Assembly: GCF_009834535.1 (NCBI RefSeq)
Contig: NC_045696.1
Location: 35,404,001 to 35,468,000, forward strand
From: Camelus ferus
Lineage: Eukaryota
Length of the DNA: 64,000 bases
Direction: 5' to 3'
Part shown: in pieces, positions 13,077 to 25,522 of the stretch
Layout of the letters: each line of letters opens with the position of its first letter
Numbering within the stretch: the stretch's first letter is position 1
Program-made: the position numbers and the translations under genes
The notes under the pieces: model-generated
The model's database searches: none
Told to the model about the DNA's origin: nothing
What the model saw: the letters and a program-made list of their open reading frames with translations, nothing else

Positions 13077-15384
13077 GGGGAGTTTGGGTCGGGGATGGGG
13101 AAGGGATAGGATGGAAAGCTTTCTCAGACAATCTCATTCATATGGCTGCTGAATCGTTAAGCCATCCCAATTACTGTTATATTGTATTACTGTAATGCCA
13201 GAGATGTTACAGTCTTCTGATAGAAGTTCAATGTAGAAGTTTTGTGAGTTCTTTCACTCTCTAACGTACGCTTCTAGGGAAAGACGGGAATGAAGCACCC
13301 TAAATATCATACATGGATACTAATTGTCGGTATCTGAGCTCCACTCCTGAAAGCTGGGAGACCCCCAGGTTGCTTGGTTTCTGACACAGGCTGTGGGTCT
13401 CTGCTGCAGCCCATGTTAGAAAAAAGCAACCTTTCTGTACAGATCAGAATCAATTGAGAGGATGAAGCCTACAAAGCTTCATCCCAAGATTGATGGACTG
13501 GGGAAGGGAAAAAGCAAAACCCTTTCTAAAATGAAGGATCCCTATTTGAGGTCAACACGAAAAGTCTGGTGGGTGTATCCAGGCGAACTAGGGTCACATT
13601 AAAGAATGGGATCTTTTAGCATCTGATTGTGCCTAGTTCGGAATAGAGAAGTCAGCAGTTAAGAGGACCAAACCAGGATAGAAAATGGTATCAAATGGTA
13701 TTAAGGGAATGGCAAAAATTCAGATTGTTCTGCTAATAAAGTTGGGTTTTTCAGACAGAAGTAAAATGTCAGACAGAAAGGAGCCAAGAGAAGGAATTGA
13801 TCTAGAGATGCACAGACCTGCCAGACAGGCTCAACAAAATCCAGCCGAAAAAAAAAAAAAAAAAAAAAAAAGCCGAGGAACTTTGTGTAGTGGATGTCAT
13901 TGCTTGCATCAACTAGGAAATCTTTGCTGGGGGACGTTTTCCAAAAGTCATTCCACACTTGACATGTCCTAATTCTTGCCATTCACAGCTTCTCCTGCCC
14001 CTTGGGTCTGCTTCCACCCTTGAGGGTGAAACCCGTTAGTTTTTCCTGACTTCCTTTAACCTATCAAATTTTTCAACACAAAATTCTAGATACCTTAATA
14101 ACCCTATGTTCTCATGGAAAAAAAAAAAGTAGGCAAAGGAAGTGATCTCTAGACTGTTCAATGAAAGCATGTGCTTTTCATCCCATTTACTCTTCTTAGA
14201 GCATCAACTTAGTGCTGGGAGACTGTGCTGGCATGCTAATGCCTCAACACCTGGCAGAACAGCCATGAAGTATCTCAGGAACTAGATGAACATACTTAGT
14301 AGAAGGAATAAACTTATGGTAATAATTTAAATGAAGTTTTATTTACACAATTGCACAGAGACCATTGGTAGCACTACTCAAATGAAAAGTTTTTGAGCCC
14401 AACATTTCTGATTTGGGGTTCTCATATACTTATACTTGAGAAGCTTATATTTTAGAAACTTGGCTTTTAAAGGTTGCAGGAGTTCCTTATAGTCTGTCAC
14501 TTCCAGTCAGTGAGGGATTAGGAGCATAAAGCAGATTAATAAAGGGGACATTCTGTAAGTGGTTCTGAGTCAACATTCTGAACAGTCCCACTGGGATCCA
14601 TGGGAAAGGCCAGGCCAGTGTTCTTTCTAGCTGCAAGAAGAAAGTTGGAGGAGAAAACAAAGAACCTTCATTTAAGAATAAGACGGTTTGCCAATGCCTT
14701 AGCTAATCCTCAAAAAACTGATCTTGAAAATTAAAATAAAACATCCTTGCATACAATCCACCCAACATGTATTATCAACATATAAAAACTTCTCCAAGGA
14801 AATAGTGCTTTTTATAGGAATGCTTTTTTTTTTTTTAAAAATAAATGCAGTATAATGCAAACACATTTCAAATTGGTCAAATTCTTTTCATCCCAAATGC
14901 TGCCACCAAGGTGCCGACCACCGTCTCTTAACTGGTCTCGTGCCTGTAATAAAAATGTCACTGCTTTTCCTGCTGCCTTTCCCCTTAAAATCTCCACATT
15001 GCAGTCCAAGTGATCTATTTAAAACACACATATTACTCCTATGCTTAATTTTTAATATTGTTACTTTAGGAAAAAACAAATCGACTTTTTCCTCATGGTC
15101 CCTTTTACCCTTAAGTACACATCTTCTGAGGGAAGAGCAAACATCAGCTTTTGTACAACAAACAAAATCTAGACTTCTTTCCAAGGCTGCTTGGGCTTCA
15201 GATGGTCCGATTCCTGCTGAACTTCTCACAAACGTCATCCTTGCCAGATTATGCTGCAGTCACACTGGCCGATTTTCAGTTTCTCAGAAGCACTCACTGC
15301 TTTCATTAAAGCTCTCTCTCTTGTGTTTTCACTTTCCCAGCACACGTTCCCATCTCTTCAAATGTGGTTCACTCTCTGGTTTTA

Positions 15385-15530
15385 GATGTTATCATCATCT
15401 TTGTTTTACAGATGAGAAAACTGAAACCAAAGGGATTAAGTAACTTGCCCAAACGCTAATTAAAGCCAATCAGTGGCAGAATTAAGACCCCAGTGATCTA
15501 AACTCCAGCTCCTGGGTTCTTCATCGCCTT
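15385..15530 (-). mobile_element. MIR within L2-like sequence (~15150..15750)
   Basis: TTTTACAGATGAGAAAACTGAAACCAAAGGGATTAAGTAACTTGCCCAA core. Confidence 0.8.
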
Positions 15531-18500
15531 AATGCCTCCGTCTTACCACCTTGCTGGTCTAATTCTTAGCTTAAATGTCAGGCATTGCCTGATCCACTGT
15601 CTAAGTAGATCAGATAAGATAATTTATCACAACTTGTAATTATTTATTATAGTAACATGTTCATTTTAATTGTTCACTATATTGTGAGATTTCTGAGAAC
15701 AAGAACAAAATATACCCAGTATATGGACTTTCTTTTTTGACATAAGTGCTCATAACATTTTTGCTTGAAGTAGCTGTGGCCCACTGTGGGGCCAGGCAGG
15801 AGTGGCTACGTCTTGAAATGACACAAAGTCATATAAAGTATAAAAACTGCTGTTTTCTGGTTTTCATTCTGGTACCATCGTAATGGCCATATTACAATAT
15901 TGTGAAAAGGACTGAAAACATCAAACAAAAACAATGAAAACAATGGAATTCTTTGAAATATTGAAGACCAATCAGTTCTCTTCAATCTTTAGCTTTTTTC
16001 CTTTTCTTCCCTAAATTCATCTGCTTCCTCCAGTTGGCTCTCTTTTTGCTTCTGCTTCTTGGCACCATCCAGCTGTAATTCAGTTTCCAAAGCAGTGTTT
16101 GAGCAGAATCTTCAGACTCAAAATATTTTGAAATGAGATGGAGGGAGGACCAGATAGAACTCATACGCTGAGTGCATGCATGGACCAGGTGGTACTGAAA
16201 GTATTCCTTGAGCAGACTGATTCTCTGAGAGCATTAGTTAACAAAAAGCACAAAACATGCCCAGACACCCAGCAAGTATGATGTATTATTAAAAAGGGGT
16301 GGAGTGGAGGCATTTATCTGACAGGTGAGAGCCAGGAAAAACATTTCTGTAAATTGGTCCGTTTCTCCTCAAAATGTGTCTGAGATGAAATGGAGCATCC
16401 TTTGTTTTATGCAAAGAAAATAATTCAGGAGACTGACAGTTTAGTGATGTATGTCTTTGTGGCTAAGACTTAAAGGCCTGAAAAAAGAAGGTTAAAATTT
16501 AAGTAAATTGAAGGACAGATAAATTTAAAATACCACATTTATTTTCTCTTTTGTTAATATTTCCTCTTCTTCAATGAGAAGAAAAAATATAACTACAAGA
16601 TAGAGCATGGGTAGGGCAAAGGAGAGAAATGAAGGGAGATAATAAAAGAAGTTTGTCTATAACATTCCTAAAGGGGAGAAATAACATTATAGGGAATAAA
16701 TAGAAATTAAAGTGCACTGCCTTCAGTTGGGTGTTATACTTTACTGCATATCTGGAAATATTTGTAGTTATCGGGAATCTTGACATCAATGAGAAAAGAC
16801 ATAGTATCTCAGTTTTTGTTCTAAATGAAGGTCAAAGTCAGAGTGTACTGTGGACATTCTAATGAACAGCAGAATGTCAAATGTTTCCTCTTTCTTAAGA
16901 AAGTATAGTGATTGTTTGAGGACTAACTTGACACAAGAGAAATATTTGCACATTGCTAAAGCTCTTCTTTTGCAACAGGATAGAATTCCCAAAGCTAGGT
17001 CATTACTGTATTTTGACTTCCTAAGCCCTCATCTTTATACCATTGGTGAACAGAGTTGAGCAGTGCAAAAGCTGGGAGCAATATTTTCTCCACTAATTTC
17101 CGTCTTTTGTTTAACATATATATTCTTTACAGAATTCTGATGACATTTTATTTGAAGTGTTCAAAGTACCAGAAAGTCACTAGGAAGAAGGTTTGAGGTT
17201 GGCACTGGATAAAAAGACAACCTTGAACTAATTTTAAAGTTTGCAATTAGTAGAGATCACAGTGTGGCAAGTAAAAGTTTTAATGATAGACTGGCCCAGG
17301 CCTTGAGGTAAATTATGCATAATTATTCATAACTGCTATTTTTGGCTTGCCTGATTTGTCCTAGACCTCTGGCTGAGGAAACAATTTGAAATAATTAGAG
17401 TGCTGGTGCATTGACAATGATGAATGGATTGAATACTGCTTGTGCCAAACATGGGTCTTGATAGGAAGCAGATAACTTTGGCAACTGTGGCATTTTGTTA
17501 TTGGATCTCTGAGAGTAGGAAGCTTGTGTTGTTTTTTTTGGTGTGATTTTCATAGGTTGTTTTTAAGTCATTCTCTAAAGACTTCGGTCAGTAAGGAGAC
17601 TACAATTAAAAACAAACGAAAAACAACATTTTAAAAAATTATTGCTATAAACTTTCCACATTTTTTATTTATTTATAACTAAGTTTTGCATGCTTATTGT
17701 TGAGAGTTGGAACTATGGTAAATAAAAACTAAATATAATTTCACATTAAGAAACTTTCCTTAAATTTTAATTTTATGGAAAGATTTTGTATTATTTAGTA
17801 TATTATATCATAGCTGTAATTAATACTGTAGTTAAAAAAAACTGTACTGATAGTGAATTAAATGCAATGCTCTTTAAAATAGAGAAATTTTAAATAATTA
17901 ATACATAAGAATACTATGTATGTTTCTAGAACTTTATTTTAGAAAGTAAGAAAAAAATAGATATTTGCTACATGCTAAATTCCTATTGCTAGATAGAGAA
18001 ACCTCGTCTTTATATATAATGATAAATGATTGTTAATAGATAAATGTGTTGAAATAGAAAATGTTGAGTGGTTCTGGGGCACCATCAGAAGATAAAACTA
18101 GCAAAAAATTTAAAAAAAGGAGGCTTGGAGACCTATCTTTTTAATTCATTGTTCATAAATTGTATAAAGCTCCTTTCTTAATTAAGCAAATAGTCAGAAA
18201 CACAATATATTCACATTTTTCAGTAGAATAAACACCAACAATTGTCTCTGTCTGGAGACAACAATTGCCTCTTGGCTGGAGATTTGGACAAACAGCCAGA
18301 CAATCTTTGTGTTAATGAAAAAGCTTCAGCCTATTTAGGTCACCTGAATGCAAAATTAGATTTCTTTTTTCTAAAACCATAAAGTAATTTAAAAGTATAA
18401 AAAGACTGAATTTCCAGACAACCTTTGAAATCTACGCTAGTTGAATTTTATCACTCTGCTAATTGTGTATGGTATTTTCTCTATTTTAAAATAGTTTCTT

Positions 18501-21500
18501 AAGATACTCAAACTTGGAGTGAAAATAGCATAACTTTTTTCTTAAGGATACCATATATACATTTTCAGGTAGCAAATATGTATCTTTATTTTATACACAT
18601 TACTTGCATCTTTGCTATGCTTCTGAAATGCTAATACAATTGTATTATTCTTTATCACTTTAACCATGATGAATTATTTAAATGATCTTGCCTTTTATAT
18701 ACAGGATAAACTACAATCTTAAATAATCTCCACATAAAATAATCTACTCATTGGCTAATTATTACATATAATAAAACAATTCTTTTATGTAACTCTTAAC
18801 CCCAAGTGAAGAGGGAAAATGCCCCATGTGACCATACAGCTTTTTTCCTGTGTGTTATCAGGTATTATGTATTTCAGAATGCTGTGTCCCTGAACTTGAA
18901 AATACTGTTTTTGCAGGGTCACTCTGCCATAAAAAAGGAGGTTCTCTTCTCAAGTTCGTTCTTTTGTCATTTTATTCTTTGGTTTACAATCCAAATGTAA
19001 CACAGCTTCAGTTTTACTGAGATGTAAATGCCACTTCATAATTTTATCTTTGGTATCTGATTCACATTTTCTGATAGAAATTGTAGCACTGAGTCGGCTT
19101 TTCCTAAAGACTTTATTAGTCAGGGTATACCATAAAGTTACTGGTAGTGATAGAATAAGAGTCAAATGAGTGTTTTTGGATATCAGTAAACTTTAATATT
19201 GAGATTGGCTTCATAAAAGGAAGATTTAATTACAGAAGTAGAAATACTAAAGTTTAAACACAGGGATACTTGACTTGGTCTATTTTCCTCATAAGTAGAT
19301 TACCACATTGGTTTACCAACCTTCAAGGACACCTTCCTGCAACCTGATAAAATGGAGCAGCAGTGCTCTGGCGGTGGAGGTATCCCCTGGTCCTTTGAAT
19401 ACACACACTTTGGGGGTAAAATGTGGCCAAGGAGCCAAGGGCATAAGAACTGCCGTCTTTTAGAGTTTTCTTCTGTGTTCCCCATGACGTCTCTCTCTAC
19501 TAAAGGTAGAGCAACAGTGATAGACCATGTGATCTTGAGCCCAAATAGAAATATTGAATCTTTAATCTGAATTACAATAAAAGACATCTTGCAAAATAAT
19601 GTGTGAATGCTCATTGCTGTTGTTATTTTTGTTAATGTTATCTGGAACGAAGTTCAGCAGTTCACTTGCCTCCTAGGTCATTAAAAATAAAAGATGTTTA
19701 CAGTGTGAAAAGCAAATGTTTACTTTTTATAACCATGTTTTAAGAATTACATTCTGATACTTTTGCTCAGCTGCATAGGGAAGCAAAACCTTTAACAGAT
19801 TTGACCCTACAAAAAGGGGTTCTGCTTAACATCACCACATGGACATGCATTTGCAGACTGGTACAAATTAGCTTCTGCATTACATGTAGATTTTGATGCT
19901 TCAAATTTATGAGTTGTTTGAAAAACTATATAAAGAAGGAAGCATTTTACCCCCTAAACTAAAGTGAAGTGACAGGATTTTAAAAAGCTCATCATATTTA
20001 CCAAATGGCTTTTCCCATTGGAAGCCTGGCAGATTCAATTTCATGGCAACAGCCCAATATTGAAATCTATGAGAACAGTAATTTTTCAAATTGATTGACT
20101 ATCACTAATCAGCACTCAAGAAAGTGTTGCTGTCTTTTTTTAAGGCAGAAGCAATGAATTCTGACACACAGTGTAGCAGGTGGTATATATAAAGGTTCTT
20201 TTCTTATGATAACATAATTTGATATTTAATTTTGAGGCTCAGGTTGAATGAATATGGTGGGGCGTAATAGTACAGATTCCATCTCACATTTGTTTTCTTC
20301 TAAGAAAATGGCAAATGATCAAATAATGGGCAAGAAAATGTCTTTTTAAATTTATTTCATTCACTAATTACTTCATTGCTTTAAGCTACAACCTCAGGCA
20401 GGGCCTGTTTCCACAGTGCCATTTTTTCTTTGATAAGATTTTTCACAGTCCCCGCACTCCCCTACCCCTCCCTGCCCGGCAGATGTCTGTTATTTGGTTA
20501 GATGTTCGAGGCTCTACCTGGAGGACTATGGAAATCCTCCTGAAGAAGGGAGTGAAGGAAGGGTAACACAACCTCAAAACCAAAAGTTCATGGCTGCATT
20601 TAAAATAATTTGAATCAAAAAGAAATAAAATAATAATAGTAATAATAATTTGAAGCAAGAACCACCTTCTGATCACAGTAGTCATGGTTAAATGCAAGGG
20701 TCTTAGCGATGTGCATATCACTGATAACATTTCCCTCGGGGCCCTGTGTGAGCAGTGACTATAGTCTTTGCATAGACAAGAAGCCCTCTGTTTGGGTGGA
20801 AGGCATTTTAAAGTAGTTCTCTGTGAGATAGATTGCAATTCCTCCCATTCTTTTTTTTGTTTTTTTCCTCCTCCCAAACCAACTGCCCCTTCATTTCTCC
20901 TCCCCCACCATCCCCTTTAAGTTTGAAGCCATCAATTCATGTATTTAAATGTCCTTGGAAACTGAAAGTAATCTAGAAGGTTATTAGCATATTGTTATAC
21001 ATGTTAATGGCCTGACACTGAGGATGGGCTTTTTCTTTTATGGGTGTTGTCGTGAACATTACCAGTTTAAATGGGGAAAATCTTCCCCATTCAGAGTGTC
21101 ACCCTGGCCCTTCATTCACTTGTCAGGAGCCCATTGTGTGCCCCAAACCTTGTCGGAGGCTTGTAGATGTTTAGTGGCAGCAGCTCGCCTTTGAGAGCTG
21201 GGAAGAGGGCTGGCTGGGGATGGGGCGAGACTGGTCTAGGCGGCCAGGTGGTGGCCAACTGGCCAGTAACTGACAGACAATTTAACCTAACGAGGCTGTA
21301 CAGTCAGGCCCGCTTTACAAAAGGCCCACATGTGTCCTCAGCAAGCTTCATTAACTCTTTTGGCTCGGGCTGTACTCCTCTGACATATTAATTAGTTGCA
21401 ATGCTTTCTCTTCCTCTAGCTTAACCTTTCCATTGGTCACTCGAGTGCTTCCACTGGAAGCTGTTAGAATAATATGTATGCAAAATTACCAGGAAAATTA

Positions 21501-22456
21501 ACTCTAAGAGGAAGAAAATATTCCCTATCACTGGACTGATTTTATATGAAAAAAAAAGCAAAAGAAAAATGAGTGACCATTAATATTTTACTCAGAAAGG
21601 TGATATATTCTATATTGTTAATAAAAATAGGACATCGATTACTATGCAGTTGTGTGCTGATGGGTATAAAATTGTCTTGGTTTTTTTCTGTCTTTGTGAC
21701 AAAAAACATAAAATAATATTTTGAGGCATTTTAGACTGTATTTGTAACCAGAGTAACATGACCTTGGAATTATAAATTGATTTGAGGGTTTGAGTAATTT
21801 TCACAAGTTAAAAAAGTCTTAATAAAGAAAATCTATTATAAATGTTCTTAAAATTATAAAAAGTACAGAGCATTCAGAATCTGTACAATGTCTCATGTGT
21901 ATATAAACATACATATATGTATATATATTCGCTGACAAAAAAGTGGTGAGTTTTTTTTTGTGCTTAGTCTCGGCTGCTTTATATTATATAAGCAAGTACT
22001 GTATCATGCAAACTATAACTATGTAGATGCATCAAGTATTGAATTTAATGATAGATAAGCCTAATTTGTATTTTTTCTTTGTTTTGCTCATAGAACATTT
22101 CTTGGCAGGGATGGTCTCTAGATATGAATTAATTTAGAAAAGTCCAAAGGCCAAAAATGCATTTTATGTATATGTTCTTGGTAGGCAATAAATCTTCAAT
22201 GATTTAATACTCTTAATGTCTCACAGCATGTTAGTCACTTGTCAAGTCCATTGAGAAAGTAAATTCAGTCTTGTTTCATCATTTTTTATCTTGTGATTTT
22301 TTTCCAACTTCAGCAAATCTTTGTATTGTAATTAGTTCAGTATTCTATGGAAAAAAATAAAACAACAACAACTACTACACAGGAATAAGGACAATGTGTT
22401 ATTTGTGTACTTCTTGTTAAATACGAGTTTTCATTAGCTGTGTAAAATGAGTAATT

Positions 22457-22622
22457 TTTTTTTACTTAGGTTTTTTTTTGCATTTTTTGTTTGTTTTTGT
22501 TTGGGGGAGGTAATTAGGTTTATTTATTTTTTATTTTTTTTTTTAATTGAGAAACTGGGGATTGAACGCAGGACCTTGTGCATGCTAAGCAGGCATTCTA
22601 CTACTGAGCTGTACCGTCCCCC
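22457..22622 (-). mobile_element. tRNA-derived SINE of the camelid Vic-1 type
   Basis: Minus strand reads GGGGGACGGTACAGCTCAGTAGTAGAATGCCTGCTTAGCATGCACAAGGTCCTGCGTTCAATCCCCAGT (A and B boxes, tRNA-Ala-like head), then an A-rich linker, AAATAAACCTAATTACCTCCCCC and an A-rich tail. Confidence 0.85.
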
Positions 22623-24573
22623 ACCAAAGTCTGTAACTTTTGCCATCCTTTTCTTAAGTTGTATTGCTAGAGAGGGAGAGATGCTTGTGTTCAAAACCTG
22701 GTCCTGAGCCCTGCCCCTACTCACTTTTTGGTGGACTGAATTATAATATTCCCAGTGGTAGTTAGTTATTATGACTTTTTTTCAGGCTGACTCTAGAATA
22801 AGCAAAGTCTCAGCAATTCTTGATGTCTAAACCTGGACTGGTTGTTCTAAGCTATAAAAAAAAAATTAAATGTCACAGTTTAAGGGAAAAAAAAATGATA
22901 CCCCTTAAACATCGGCTGATGTTTCCTACACAGTGTTCAATAAAACACAGAGTGACCTCAAAAAGGGGATGGTTAGTTCTGGCAGACGGGTGACATCCTG
23001 CTCCCAGGTGTCTTCACGTGTGTGTTTTGAGGTGTACGTTTTGGAGGAGAAGAGTTGATATTGAAAGTAGAAGCAAGAAAAAAATTCTCCAGCTATTACA
23101 GAGAACAAACTCAAGAAGAGTATTTATAAGAAAAATGAGTAACAGACGAGTTGTTGTAATAATTTTTATTTCAATTTGTGTTTATATTTGATAAATAGTC
23201 AAACATTATGTATAGAATCTGCTTGTGAAAACTGTGAATTCAACATTCAGGAGGCCTAGGGTTTTTGTGGCACTAGTAGTCATCTTCTCCTTGGCTTTAG
23301 GTGTCCTCATAAATTTACATAGCAATCGAATAAAGATGATAATCCCTGTTTTTAGAAGTATGTGCATCTTCTTCATAATCAGGAAGAACTCTGAATAGAA
23401 CTGATCAAGGCAGAGATGTAGGTGTGGCCATTATGAGTACTTCATTATTGTTTTAATAGGGAAATGAGATTATTTGCAGCTACATGCAGTGAACTTATTA
23501 TCTTTGGGTAGATTGGGTCTTGTTTGGGTTTGTTGTTTAATCCATTTATAAACAGTGTGTTCACATATAATATGCATATCACTTGTGAAAGTAAAATGAT
23601 AGAACGATTGATTGGAGAGAGTATATTTGCACTATGTTCTAGCAAGTCCATCATTTCTCTGAGAATCCCTGTTTTGACTGTAAATTAGAATTTGTTATTA
23701 CTCTTATTTTTCAAGTTATAAGCTAAAGCCAAGAGGCTTATAAACACCTATCTTGATGAAAAGTTATTCTTTTTTCTTAAGCATCAGATAAAACTATAAA
23801 ACAAATATCAGAGTAAAATATCTAGAGAGGTGATAATAGTTTATAAAAGCAGAAAATATGGAAAGAACTTACACTAGTCAATTTAATCAAATGCCAATGA
23901 TTATAAGATTTTCTGGTCCTGCATTTTTAAAAAATCAAATCAAGTTTTGTAAATCTGGTAATGCCAGCATTTGCAAAGAAGAAAAAAAAGTGACAGCATT
24001 TTGTGATACTGGTTTTGTTGTCTCAGTTTAATTAGAGGCATTTAATAATAACATTCTCTGGTCCTGCATAATTCTTTTTCGGTTAAACCAAGCTTTGAAA
24101 ATCTGATGACAATAGGTTTTGTAAGGGGAAAAAAAAAGTGATAGTATTTTTAAAATTTGACCCTGAACCTTTCACCTGAAGAAATAAACATGAGTTGGTT
24201 GTATTTGGCAGTAGAATGTTGTCTTTGAAAATATGCCCCTTTTTATTTGATGTGATCCAAAGCAACGCTTAAACAAATTGAGTCACCAGTGCCAGCACTT
24301 GATAATTTAAACTGTTGTAAAAATGATTGGTGTTTACAAGTACAATTTGCTCCAGGAAAAATTTGGCATTCTTTTAAGTTGGAAAAGTGTCAATATTTTA
24401 TGATATATTTTATACCAGCCGTACTCATATTGCAAGATCTGTTCCAAGTACAAGCTCTAGACAACTTTAAACTATTCATTTAAAGTTGTGATTTATAGGA
24501 ACAGTATAGTTACTGGTCATTTATTAAAGCACATCATTTTTAGAAACTAAAACAAAGGAATGGGCATATTATT

Positions 24574-24586
24574 TATATATATATAA

Positions 24587-24652
<66 letters not shown>
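24574..24652. repeat. Compound microsatellite (TA)n(TG)5(TA)28
   Basis: Read directly; pure TA run at 24597..24652. Confidence 0.97.
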
Positions 24653-24656
<4 letters not shown>

Positions 24657-24974
24657 CATATATCTTAGTATGTGGAGGCTTATTTTGAACCATGTTGAAA
24701 TACTAAATTTTTAAGTTCTTTGCCGAAAATAGTAGAGTTGTTGTCTTCTAATGGACTTTAAAAATCACTGTTTCTAAATAGTAGTTTGCAAAATTATTCA
24801 ATTTTAAATACTTTATTCCTCCAATTTGTTAAAATATTTTCCTTAAAGGAAAGTTGCTTTCTAAAAATTTCCTTTTGGTTTCTGAATCAAGCCTATGGTT
24901 TTATTATGGTTCTTTTATATTCTGGCACTTCCAGTGTAAAAAGGAAAAGACAGGAGGAAGAGAAAAAAAAATCA

Positions 24975-25522
24975 AAAATCAAAGTATTATTCTTGAAATT
25001 AAAAGTTAATCGTTATATTAACTTGATTAATAATTATATATTATTATCATTTTTTATTATCCTTTAAAAATATGGGTCATCATTGTTGAAGGCTCACTAT
25101 GCACCAGGTAGTGAGGTAAACTCTTCACATAAACTGTAACATTTAAGTTGTACAGTAGCCCCATGAAAGAAGCATCGTCACCCTCCACCTCCCCCCTTAG
25201 AGATGAAGAAAATGAAGCTTACAGTGAATAAGAGGAAGTGGCAAGAGTCAAGCTGAAGTCTGCCTGATTCCAAGGAGACAAGCACACAAATGTGGCTCAT
25301 TTATTGTTCTCACGATAAAATTAAATACCCTTGGTAAACCTAAGATCGAATTAGTTATAACAGCGTAAATGATCTTTGTTGAGCGACTGTGTTGATACAT
25401 AGGCTGACACTGTAGCTTGCCATTGGGGCACCTCTTCATTGAAGGACTCCGTGCCCTGGCTGCTGGGAGTGCTGGCAGCTGGCAGCTCTCAGCCCCTTCA
25501 GAGGCGGCCTCTGTTGTAGAGA
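24975..25522 (-). repeat. Arm 2 of the inverted duplication (548 bp)
   Basis: Same alignment. ORFs 12610..12801(+) and 25248..25439(-) give the same 63-aa translation except for one V/I difference. Confidence 0.98.

Noticed and set aside
14899..14918. CTCF-like motif (GCTGCCACCAAGGTGCCG)
   Set aside because: Only about 11 of 14 consensus positions match by eye; not supportable without a matrix score or ChIP data.
22550..22622. tRNA-Ala gene
   Set aside because: The acceptor stem is not intact, and the sequence continues into a SINE body and A-rich tail.
12527..25522. A 13-kb DNA transposon or Polinton-like element with 550-bp terminal inverted repeats
   Set aside because: No transposase, integrase or polymerase ORF inside; no outer TSD. 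Arm 1 is continuous with a flanking old LTR, and the interior is ordinary intron with ancient repeats.
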